Of a stretch of 32,000 nt of DNA, positions 24,901-32,000 are shown one piece after another; position 1 is the first letter of the stretch; every line of letters begins with the position of its first letter. A model generated the notes under the pieces. It had not been told where the DNA came from and did no database searches. It was given only the letters and a program-made list of their open reading frames with translations. Location: the NCBI GenBank assembly GCA_964399875.1, contig CAYNRQ010000001.1, positions 8,800 through 40,799 of the forward strand. Reading direction: 5' to 3'. This DNA is from an uncultured archaeon (GTDB taxonomy: Archaea; Aenigmatarchaeota; Aenigmatarchaeia; QMZP01). Made by a program: the position numbers and the translations under genes.

Positions 24901-25761
24901 ATGTTAGGGTTTCTCAAAAAGAAAAAAAAAGAAACTCCTTCTGCGCCGCCAACTGGAAATGAAGGAGCAGATGTAGCAACCCCCACAGAAAGGGTAAGAT
25001 CACTTTCTTCACAGGGCTTGTCAGAACCAGAGATAATAAAGGTTCTAAAGGAAGAAGGTTACACACCAAGTGAAGCTGACAAGGCAATGAAAGAGGCATT
25101 AAAAGGGGCTGTAAAAACACCCCCCACACAACCAGCAGGGTTTGCAAGAGAGGAACAGCCCCCAGCAGCGCCAGGGACAAAAGAAAGGCTGTTTAGCGGG
25201 GAAATGACCAGTCCTGAGCTGCCAAGCACACCAGTGCCATATGAAGAATTTGAAAGAATAGGTAGAGGACCCAAAGAGGGTGGCAGACCAGATTTACCAG
25301 AGTTTCCAGGGGAAGCCGGTTCAAAACCCCCAGCAGAGGAATACAAGGAGCCGGAATTCGAAAGGGAACTGGAAGAGGAGATACCCCGTCTTCCAGAGTC
25401 AGGTAGATCAAGAAGAGAAAAAAGGTATGAGAAAAGAAGGGAGATAGAAGAATTAGCAGAGACCATTGTTGAAGAAAAATGGGAAACATTCAGAAAGGAG
25501 ATGGATGATGTTATCACCAGGTTCAGAGAGCTTGAAGGAAAAATCACTTCTCTGGAACAGAATGTAAACAGGCTGCAGGGAGAAAAGAAAACAGAACTGG
25601 AGGAAATAAAGAACAAAATAGATACATATAAGGATTCTATTTCTGAGGCATCTTCCAGAATAGAGGCCGTGGAAAGGGCATTAAAGGACAGCCTGACCCC
25701 AATGATGCAGAGTATAAGATCCCTTTCAGATGCAATTAAAACATTCAAAACAAAAAAGTAG
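24901..25761 (+). CDS. Three-part protein of unknown function: basic N-terminus and small helical domain, P/E-rich linker, C-terminal coiled coil
   Basis: Starts MLGFLKKKKKE. A helical module follows (LSSQGLSEPEIIKVLKEEGYTPSEADKAMKEAL, UBA-like by eye), then a Pro/Glu-rich low-complexity region of about 100 aa, then a coiled coil (ITSLEQNVNRLQGEKKTELEEIKNKIDTY..). Confidence 0.7.
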   Translation: MLGFLKKKKKETPSAPPTGNEGADVATPTERVRSLSSQGLSEPEIIKVLKEEGYTPSEADKAMKEALKGAVKTPPTQPAGFAREEQPPAAPGTKERLFSGEMTSPELPSTPVPYEEFERIGRGPKEGGRPDLPEFPGEAGSKPPAEEYKEPEFERELEEEIPRLPESGRSRREKRYEKRREIEELAETIVEEKWETFRKEMDDVITRFRELEGKITSLEQNVNRLQGEKKTELEEIKNKIDTYKDSISEASSRIEAVERALKDSLTPMMQSIRSLSDAIKTFKTKK

Positions 25762-25785
25762 TTTATAAGATATTAATTTTTACAC

Positions 25786-26328
25786 CTATCCGCCACCCTC
25801 TTGCTGTTTTTTAGGCGCTTCCCCTTCCCGTGTAAGGAACCACATCACTATAGCCAGAACTATTATGAAGAATATGATTGTAAACACCTGCGAGTCAAAC
25901 ATGTATCCAAATCCCCAAGAAAATCCAAACGGTGTAGTCCCCCAGATAGCAGCTACTAATATGTAAATTATTATTATAATAATAACAGCTATTACCCACT
26001 TGTTCTTCTGGTCACCCCACAGCATCTCTGGTTTTATTCCCAGGAGCCCCAGTATTATTACCAAGAACAGCAAAGCACTGCCAACCAACAGCCACACACC
26101 CGACACATTTGTCAGCCAATAGAAAAGCCCGGGTTCCCAGCTCGAATAAAGCATAACAAAGAATGAAATAATTATAGCGATCAATCCCATTGCAGATTTA
26201 TGCATCTTGCCTTTAAGGGCAACCGACATGATACCATAAGAAATTGCCAAGGCTAAAAGAAATGGGAACAGCAACTGGAAGAACTCCATGTTGACTAAAT
26301 TTTGTAACATCTGGTCAAGTACACCCAT
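25786..26328 (-). CDS. Integral membrane protein (4-5 TM) of unknown function
   Basis: Has several long hydrophobic segments and a charged C-terminal tail. A TATA-like catttataaag (minus strand) lies upstream. Confidence 0.65.
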   Translation of the reverse strand: MGVLDQMLQNLVNMEFFQLLFPFLLALAISYGIMSVALKGKMHKSAMGLIAIIISFFVMLYSSWEPGLFYWLTNVSGVWLLVGSALLFLVIILGLLGIKPEMLWGDQKNKWVIAVIIIIIIYILVAAIWGTTPFGFSWGFGYMFDSQVFTIIFFIIVLAIVMWFLTREGEAPKKQQEGGG

Positions 26329-26375
26329 ATTATTTTATTAACATAGTAACTTTATAAATGTTTTCTGTATGCTCT

Positions 26376-26888
26376 TTATTTCCTCAGACCTCTTGATTTT
26401 TTTCCTGCAGATGTCAGTCCCCTGAAAACCCTGTTTTTATGCTGTTTTTCTGAAAGCCACTTCAAATCCCTGTCTTTTCTTATCCCCGGGTGATTAGCAT
26501 CAACAAGGATGCACTCGAACCACTTGTAAACACCATCCTCACCAACGAGATAAGAATTCAAGACCTGAAGATTAGGAAACTTCCTTGCTGCCTTTTCCTC
26601 AGCAACAACACGCTTTGATTTGCCTAAAGAAAAGAACCTCCCAGCTTTTTTAGGCCCCCTTCCACCAGAGGGTTTTGGCCTTTTCCTCTTTCCTCTTTTA
26701 ACCCTTACCCTGACAACCACAAAACCCTGTTTGGCCTTGTAACCAAGACTTCTTGCCCTGTCCAGTCTTGTTGGCCTTTCTATTCTGTTAACTACAGGCT
26801 CCTTTCTCCACATTATCATTCTTTTCTTCAATATCCCACCAAGGTTCTCTTCTGGCCTTTTCCACAATCTTGCCATATAATTCGCCAT
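26376..26888 (-). CDS. rpl15e: 50S ribosomal protein L15e
   Basis: [14 protein letters not shown].., [26 protein letters not shown] and the basic GRGPKK tracts are typical of L15e. Confidence 0.95.
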   Translation of the reverse strand: MANYMARLWKRPEENLGGILKKRMIMWRKEPVVNRIERPTRLDRARSLGYKAKQGFVVVRVRVKRGKRKRPKPSGGRGPKKAGRFFSLGKSKRVVAEEKAARKFPNLQVLNSYLVGEDGVYKWFECILVDANHPGIRKDRDLKWLSEKQHKNRVFRGLTSAGKKSRGLRK

Positions 26889-26999
26889 AATATCACGATT
26901 GCTGTAAAGTATTTAATATTATCGGTTAAATATCTATCAATAATAAAAGATATTTATATAAATACTTAATTAAAAATATTAGAGGTTGGAGGTTAAAAT

Positions 27000-27266
27000 A
27001 TGCACCCAGCAGCAAAAATCCTAATCGGCCTTATACTTTTGGTAATAGGCCTTGGTCTGTTTGTGGACTCAGCCATACCAATATCAGGCACAACAGGAAC
27101 CTTTGGGATAGACTGGCTCGGTAATTTCATAATAGTGCTGACAGGGGTTATACCAATATTCCTGATACTGATAGGCCTTTTCGTGATTTGGCTTGAAATG
27201 GATGAGCTAAAGGCACAGAAAGAACTGGCTGAGGAAATAAAGAAGGAAACCAAAAAGAAAAAATAA
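27000..27266 (+). CDS. Small membrane protein with a charged C-terminal tail
   Basis: A strong SD (GAGGTTGGAGGT) lies just upstream. It has 2-3 TM segments and a K/E-rich C-terminus, followed by a T-rich tract. Confidence 0.6.
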   Translation: MHPAAKILIGLILLVIGLGLFVDSAIPISGTTGTFGIDWLGNFIIVLTGVIPIFLILIGLFVIWLEMDELKAQKELAEEIKKETKKKK

Positions 27267-27397
27267 ACCTTCTTTTCTATTTTCTTATCAAAAACCACCG
27301 GCTTTATTTTACTGGTTGCACGGATGCTGATTCAGAATTCGACAATCAAGAACATTCTATATACAAGCTTAAAAACATATAGCAAAAAATACTTACT

Positions 27398-28282
27398 ATG
27401 ACAGAAGAAGATATGAGAATAATAGAATCCGGTCACAGCATGTGTCCTGGTTGCAGTATTCCCATAGCCCTTAATCTTATTTCCAGGGCAGCACCAAGAA
27501 ATATTATAGTTTCTATGGCAACCGGTTGTTTAGAAGTATGCACAACTCTGTATCCATTAACATCTTTTAACGTTCCTGTTATTCACACAGCATTCGAAAC
27601 AGCATCCTCTGTTGCTTCTGGTATAGAGGCCGCTGTTAAAAAACTGGGCAAGGACTGGAAGGTAATGGCAATAGCCGGTGATGGCGGCACCTTTGATATA
27701 GGCCTTCAGGCCCTCTCAGGAATGATGGAAAGGGGTCATAAGGTCACACAGGTGTGCGTCGACAATGAGTGCTACGCAAACACAGGCGTTCAGAGATCAG
27801 GGGCAACACCCTATGGTGCATCTACAACAACCTCTCCTGCAGGAAAAAAATCCATAGGCAAGCAGCAGTTCAAGAAGCCCATTGCAGAGATAATAGCAGC
27901 CCACAGGATCCCTTATGTGGCCTCGGCTTCTGTGGCCTGCCCGGCAGACATGATAAAAAAGGTAAAAAAGGCCTTTGAAAAACAACCAAGTTTTCTGCAC
28001 ATTCACTGCCCCTGCCCGACAGGATGGAAATTCGATTCCAGTAAAACCATTCAAATAGCAAAAAAAGCAGTTGAAACAGGCATGTGGATACTTTATGAAT
28101 TCGAGGATGGTCAGTTCAGGATAACAAAGAGGTTAACAGAAAAAAAACCAGTTGAGGAATACCTAAAGACCCAGGGCAGATTCAGGCATCTGCCACCAGA
28201 AGAGATAAAAAAAATACAAAAACATGTGGATTCTGAATACCAGAGATTAGAGAACCTCGAGAAATCTTGTGCTAAAGTTTAA
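27398..28282 (+). CDS. porB: 2-oxoacid (pyruvate):ferredoxin oxidoreductase, beta (TPP-binding) subunit
   Basis: Contains GHSMCPGCSIPIALN and the TPP motif AGDGGTFDIGLQALSG..DNECYANTGVQRS, plus HCPCPTGW. Confidence 0.9.
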   Translation: MTEEDMRIIESGHSMCPGCSIPIALNLISRAAPRNIIVSMATGCLEVCTTLYPLTSFNVPVIHTAFETASSVASGIEAAVKKLGKDWKVMAIAGDGGTFDIGLQALSGMMERGHKVTQVCVDNECYANTGVQRSGATPYGASTTTSPAGKKSIGKQQFKKPIAEIIAAHRIPYVASASVACPADMIKKVKKAFEKQPSFLHIHCPCPTGWKFDSSKTIQIAKKAVETGMWILYEFEDGQFRITKRLTEKKPVEEYLKTQGRFRHLPPEEIKKIQKHVDSEYQRLENLEKSCAKV

Positions 28283-28286
28283 GCCA

Positions 28287-29084
28287 TTATTTTTTCTTAG
28301 AATTAGACCACAACTGATCAAACAATGGTTTTGCCATGGCCTCTACAGCATGTGTAGAATTGGCCCACAGGGCGACATCCTGCGTCTCATGCACCTTATT
28401 ATCATCGGTTAAAGACATGAACAAATGGTTATCATCAACTATAGCAAATCTGCCCAAAGGCACATCAATATGCCTTATTTCTGCAATCTCAGAAAGTGAA
28501 TTTGCAACATCCTTGTTCTTAAGCGGTGCCAGAATCCTTAACTTAACACCATTCCTTGCTATTTTTTTCAAGATCCTTAACTGGTTTGAATGGATATCCT
28601 TCAAACCCTTTTCTGTGGTTAGAATGTTTATGTTATTTTTAGCATTCTTGAAAACAGATCTCAATTGCCTGTTTATTATACTCATGCCCTTTAATGTTCC
28701 TGTCATCTCAGATGGCTGAACAAGATTCAATCCGCCTGTATATATATTTTCAAGCTCTGTCAATATCTTGGAATTACTTAATCTATCTATCCTTTCCACC
28801 ATTTCTTCATATTTTTTCTTCATGCTTTCCTTTGTCCTTTCCAGGGCCTCTGTTGGCTTTAAAGCTACATACTTTATTGGCTTTGACGGCTGAACAACAA
28901 CAAATCCCTTTTCTGCTAAACTCTCCAAAACATCATAGCTTCTTGATCTTGGAACGTTTGCTATCTCAGAAACCTCTGCAGCAGTGGCTACACCTTTGGC
29001 TAATAAAGCCACAAAAATCTTCCTTTCATACAGGTTTAACCCTATACTTTTAAGGGTATCCAATACCTCTGTTGATGCTATCAT
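28287..29084 (-). CDS. TrmB-family transcriptional regulator
   Basis: The N-terminal winged HTH is LGLNLYERKIFVALLAKGVATAAEVSEIANVPRSRSYDVLESLAEKGFVVV. A coiled linker and a C-terminal effector-type domain follow. Confidence 0.85.
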   Translation of the reverse strand: MIASTEVLDTLKSIGLNLYERKIFVALLAKGVATAAEVSEIANVPRSRSYDVLESLAEKGFVVVQPSKPIKYVALKPTEALERTKESMKKKYEEMVERIDRLSNSKILTELENIYTGGLNLVQPSEMTGTLKGMSIINRQLRSVFKNAKNNINILTTEKGLKDIHSNQLRILKKIARNGVKLRILAPLKNKDVANSLSEIAEIRHIDVPLGRFAIVDDNHLFMSLTDDNKVHETQDVALWANSTHAVEAMAKPLFDQLWSNSKKK

Positions 29085-29177
29085 TTTATCCGCCCTCAGT
29101 GATACTATTTTATTATATATCTTTTACTACTACTTAAACTTATCGCTTAGTAGTCAAAGTAGTTAATAATAAGAACG

Positions 29178-29195
29178 AAAGATTTATAAATCTTT
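29178..29195. promoter_or_regulatory. Perfect 18-bp palindrome AAAGATTTATAAATCTTT (TATA-containing; promoter/operator or terminator hairpin)
   Basis: It is self-complementary over 18 bp, centred on TTTATAAA, and followed by T7 on the plus strand. It lies about 95 bp upstream of the trmB-like ATG and about 25 nt downstream of the ligase stop. Confidence 0.35.
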
Positions 29196-29219
29196 TTTTG
29201 TCACTTTTGAGTAATTTAT

Positions 29220-30941
29220 TTAAGCTTTACCTTTTTGCTGCTCAAAAAGTCTTTCTATCCTTTTTTTTGTGTCCACCTCATCAGGACCTTTGTCAAATCT
29301 TATCCTTACCACCCTGGGGAATCTAAGGGCCCACCCGCTGGTATAATTAGGGCTTTTTTGTATCTCCTCATACGCAACCTCTACAACAACCCTTGGTTTT
29401 ATTTTAACCTGATCACCCTTTTCACCCTCTATATTGGGTTTCAAGAGCTTTGTCAGCTTCTGAAAGGTTAAACCTTCAGACCCTTCTTTCTCTTTAATAC
29501 CAGTTCCTATCATGCCGCATGAAAGGAAGTCCCCTGTCTTTTCATCCATACACCCAAGAACAAGAGATCCCAACCATCCAACCCTTTTACCTCTTCCCCA
29601 CTGCGCACCCATTATAACCAGATCCAGATTCTCCATCACCGGCTTAACCTTTAGCCACCCTCCAGCCACCCTTCTTCCAGGCTGATATGTTGCATCCAGG
29701 TTCTTGATTATAAGGCCCTCTTGGCTTGCATGCAAGGCCTCTTTATAGAAACTCTCGGCCCTTTCTAAATCCTTTGTAACAATATGCTTTGCCAGCTGGA
29801 ACTTTCCTGGAATAGGTTTTATTATCTCCTTAAGAGTTTTCCACCTTTCCTTTAATGGCTTGTCAAATAAAGCCTCGCCATTCAGATAAACTATATCAAA
29901 AAGATTAACCTGGACAGGTATCTCCTTAACTACCCTTTCTATGTCATACTTCCTTTTTATCCTCTGCGATAGGAACTGAAAGGGCATGGGTTTCTTTGTC
30001 TTTCCGTCAAAGCCAAGCATCTCGCCCTCTATTATGCAATCCTTGGTCTTAACAGCCTTCTTTACAAAATCAGCAATCTCTGGGAACTGTTTTGTTATGT
30101 TCTCCAGTCTTCTGGTATAGAACCACAATTTCCCATCTTTTTTGTGTATCACGATGCGAGCGCCGTCATATTTGTATTCTAGTGCTGGGTTTTCATAAGC
30201 ATCCAAGGCGTCTTTTAGGGACGGTGCCTTGTCAGCAAGCAAGACATGATATGGCTTGCCTATTTCAAGCTTAACGCTTTTCAATCCCCTGATGCCCTTC
30301 TCTTTGGCTATTTTTGCTATCTCCCCATAATCAGGTCTTAAGAACCACGCCCACTCCACTGCACGCACAGATTCCCTTGCTTTTTCCTGGGTTTCTGTGT
30401 CCAAGAAGGCCTTTGCTATGGAATCCCTCACAACACCTGCCGCAACCCCTATCCTAAGATCGCCCAGTGTTGTTCTAACAATAAATTTCGCCTCTTTAGG
30501 ATTTGCTGACGATATTAACTCAGAAACCAAATGAAATTTCCTTTCCTGCGATCCCTTTCCCTCCAGGGACGCAAGTTTTTGCAGATTCTCAAAAACCTTT
30601 TCTATTGTAAGGGGTTTTTGGAACAGTGTTCTCTGTTTCTTTTTTGCTATTAGTTCCTCTATAACTAATCCAAAATCTCCTGTTTTTTTGAATCTGTTAA
30701 CAACATCCTTTGCAGAAAAACCGGTCGAGGTAGATATTATTTTAGCCATTAAAAGATTAGCAATACCAATTTCTCTTTCATCCCATGAAGGAAACACTCT
30801 TCCCTGCAAAAGCAGTGTTACCTCGGGCAGTATATCTGCCGGGGTTTTTTTCAAAAGCTCTGCTATGGCATCTATCTTTTTTAACCTTGCGGATGTCTTC
30901 TCCAGATATTCATATGTTTCAACCAATACAGAATATTTCAT
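29220..30941 (-). CDS. lig: ATP-dependent DNA ligase
   Basis: Has the adenylation motif I EYKYDGARIVIHK, plus EGEMLGF, LFDIVYLNGE, EGLIIKN and WLKVKP. The OB-fold C-terminus is present. Confidence 0.95.
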   Translation of the reverse strand: MKYSVLVETYEYLEKTSARLKKIDAIAELLKKTPADILPEVTLLLQGRVFPSWDEREIGIANLLMAKIISTSTGFSAKDVVNRFKKTGDFGLVIEELIAKKKQRTLFQKPLTIEKVFENLQKLASLEGKGSQERKFHLVSELISSANPKEAKFIVRTTLGDLRIGVAAGVVRDSIAKAFLDTETQEKARESVRAVEWAWFLRPDYGEIAKIAKEKGIRGLKSVKLEIGKPYHVLLADKAPSLKDALDAYENPALEYKYDGARIVIHKKDGKLWFYTRRLENITKQFPEIADFVKKAVKTKDCIIEGEMLGFDGKTKKPMPFQFLSQRIKRKYDIERVVKEIPVQVNLFDIVYLNGEALFDKPLKERWKTLKEIIKPIPGKFQLAKHIVTKDLERAESFYKEALHASQEGLIIKNLDATYQPGRRVAGGWLKVKPVMENLDLVIMGAQWGRGKRVGWLGSLVLGCMDEKTGDFLSCGMIGTGIKEKEGSEGLTFQKLTKLLKPNIEGEKGDQVKIKPRVVVEVAYEEIQKSPNYTSGWALRFPRVVRIRFDKGPDEVDTKKRIERLFEQQKGKA

Positions 30942-30978
30942 TATTAATTTTTAACCTACAAAATTAATAATATTTAAT

Positions 30979-31275
30979 ATGAAGGAAAAGAAGAAAAAAG
31001 TCAGCCTTAGGGAAAAAGAAGTAATGCTCTCAATGGAGAGGACTATACTTTCAAAAGAGAGAACAATCCTTTCCTTTATGCAAACAGGCCTGGCCTTTAT
31101 CGGCGTGGGAATCGTCATAATAAATGTTTTTCAGAAAAACCATACATCCCTTATTGTTGGGACAGCTTTAATTCTGATAGGATTCGTAGAGGTTCTGGAA
31201 TCCATGAGAAGAATACTAAAATACAAGAAAAAAATGCGCAATGTAAAAAGAAAACTAGGGAAACACGGAATTTAA
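30979..31275 (+). CDS. DUF202 (YidH-like) small membrane protein
   Basis: MERTILSKERTILSFMQTGLAFIGVGIVI matches the DUF202 ERT..A..RT pattern, and there are two TM segments. Confidence 0.8.
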   Translation: MKEKKKKVSLREKEVMLSMERTILSKERTILSFMQTGLAFIGVGIVIINVFQKNHTSLIVGTALILIGFVEVLESMRRILKYKKKMRNVKRKLGKHGI

Positions 31276-31382
31276 TAAATCTTAAGCAGATGGGAAGTGA
31301 TAACCCATCTTAAAAGTAATCATATTCCTTCTCCCAATCACTCACCCTTTTGATCTTTTTTTCTTCAGTCATAGCATTCTCC

Positions 31383-31853
31383 TTAATATTCACTTCCGCA
31401 CTCTCTACAAACCCATCTTCCATCGACAGATATCAATTCGTCTGAATATTCCCCGCATTCATCACATATCCCAAACTCTTCCCCTCTCATATTCTCCTCA
31501 TCTTCTGTTATTGGAACAATTTCATGTGTTTTCATCAATCTTTCATACCTCTCAAAATTGAAATGAAACTTTTTTCTTACACTCTTCATAAGTCCGTTGT
31601 CCTTGAACCACATGTACATTTCTGTGATATAACAAACAGGGCATACAGATGATGCATCAGAAACGCCGCATATCAAACAAGGTTTGAACCCTTCTTGGGT
31701 AAACCTGAACGACTTAGAGATAACATTGTGAAATTCCAGGAATTCACCTGAAAGTTTTTCAGGTAACTGATTCTTAATATCTTTAGATATGCAATCAATG
31801 CAAATAAAATTCCAGATTGGTTCTTTGCATATCTGGCATATGTGCATTTCCAT
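31383..31853 (-). CDS. Cysteine-rich protein with three predicted Cys4 zinc ribbons, unknown function
   Basis: The CxxC pairs are CQIC/CIDC, CLIC/CPVC and CDEC/CREC. The SD GAGGTGA lies 7 nt upstream of the ATG. Confidence 0.7.
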   Translation of the reverse strand: MEMHICQICKEPIWNFICIDCISKDIKNQLPEKLSGEFLEFHNVISKSFRFTQEGFKPCLICGVSDASSVCPVCYITEMYMWFKDNGLMKSVRKKFHFNFERYERLMKTHEIVPITEDEENMRGEEFGICDECGEYSDELISVDGRWVCRECGSEY

Positions 31854-31915
31854 AAGGCATCACCTCTTGTTAATTGTGGGACATGTGGGAGTCACCAAAA
31901 AATAATGAAAACCAA

Positions 31916-31925
31916 GATTTATAAG
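31916..31925 (-). promoter_or_regulatory. TATA-like box (minus strand cttataaatc) for the zinc-ribbon gene
   Basis: It is the same 10-mer as at 24421-24430 and lies about 65 nt upstream of the ATG at 31853. Confidence 0.35.
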
Positions 31926-32000
31926 TAGTACCTAAAAACAGATTTTGTTAAACCTGAACGAACATGCAAATGTCAATAGGGATTCTTTTATAAAAAATTT

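Noticed and set aside
25059-25748. A 229-aa minus-strand ORF opposite the second coiled-coil gene, with ORFs at 24914..25180 and 25193..25489.
   Set aside because: It is Ser/Leu-rich and arises as the mirror of a Glu/Lys/Pro-rich coding strand. The plus-strand gene follows gene 1 closely with an SD-like AAAGGT and forms an operon with it.
26993-27298. A 101-aa minus-strand ORF opposite the 88-aa small membrane-protein gene.
   Set aside because: The plus-strand ORF has a very strong SD (GAGGTTGGAGGT) and clean TM segments. The minus-strand ORF has neither.
1-32000. CRISPR arrays, transposases, integrases, toxin-antitoxin pairs, and rRNA or tRNA genes.
   Set aside because: I saw no spaced direct repeats, no DDE or recombinase motifs in any ORF, and no conserved rRNA or tRNA sequence blocks in the intergenic regions I examined.

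Overview
This is a compact, AT-rich archaeal chromosome segment. Supporting evidence includes archaeal/eukaryotic-type ribosomal proteins L37e, S8e and L15e, an Sm-like protein, an ATP-dependent DNA ligase, a TrmB regulator, TATA-like promoter boxes, and many 30-45 bp divergent intergenic regions. A decayed aminotransferase and 3'-overlapping convergent genes suggest a small-genome uncultivated archaeon, possibly DPANN-like, but this is inference only. The left third (1.7-11.9 kb) is one long minus-strand run: nrdD, a 10-repeat beta-propeller, nrdG, ferredoxin/DUF1858/ferredoxin, a Cys-rich HTH regulator, nifS, nifU, gdh and guaA. The middle holds metG and a surface-glycosylation island with a processive GT2 synthase, four ArnT/PMT-like polytopic membrane proteins and a membrane-anchored thioredoxin-fold protein. 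The right third holds a PilB/FlaI-type ATPase with no membrane partner and a Cys-rich N-terminal extension, two coiled-coil proteins, L15e, a PorB gene without partner subunits, TrmB, DNA ligase and a triple zinc-ribbon protein. The most interesting observation is that the class III ribonucleotide reductase carries a complete NrdR-like module (zinc ribbon plus ATP-cone) at its N-terminus. Its promoter also holds two NrdR-box-like palindromes spaced 32 bp apart, which suggests a self-repressing enzyme. Other leads are a 27-codon Cys-rich micro-ORF chained between a Cys-rich regulator and nifS, a ferredoxin/CxxC-protein trio downstream of nrdG, and two structured intergenic regions. I recognised no rRNA, tRNA, CRISPR array, transposase or integrase.
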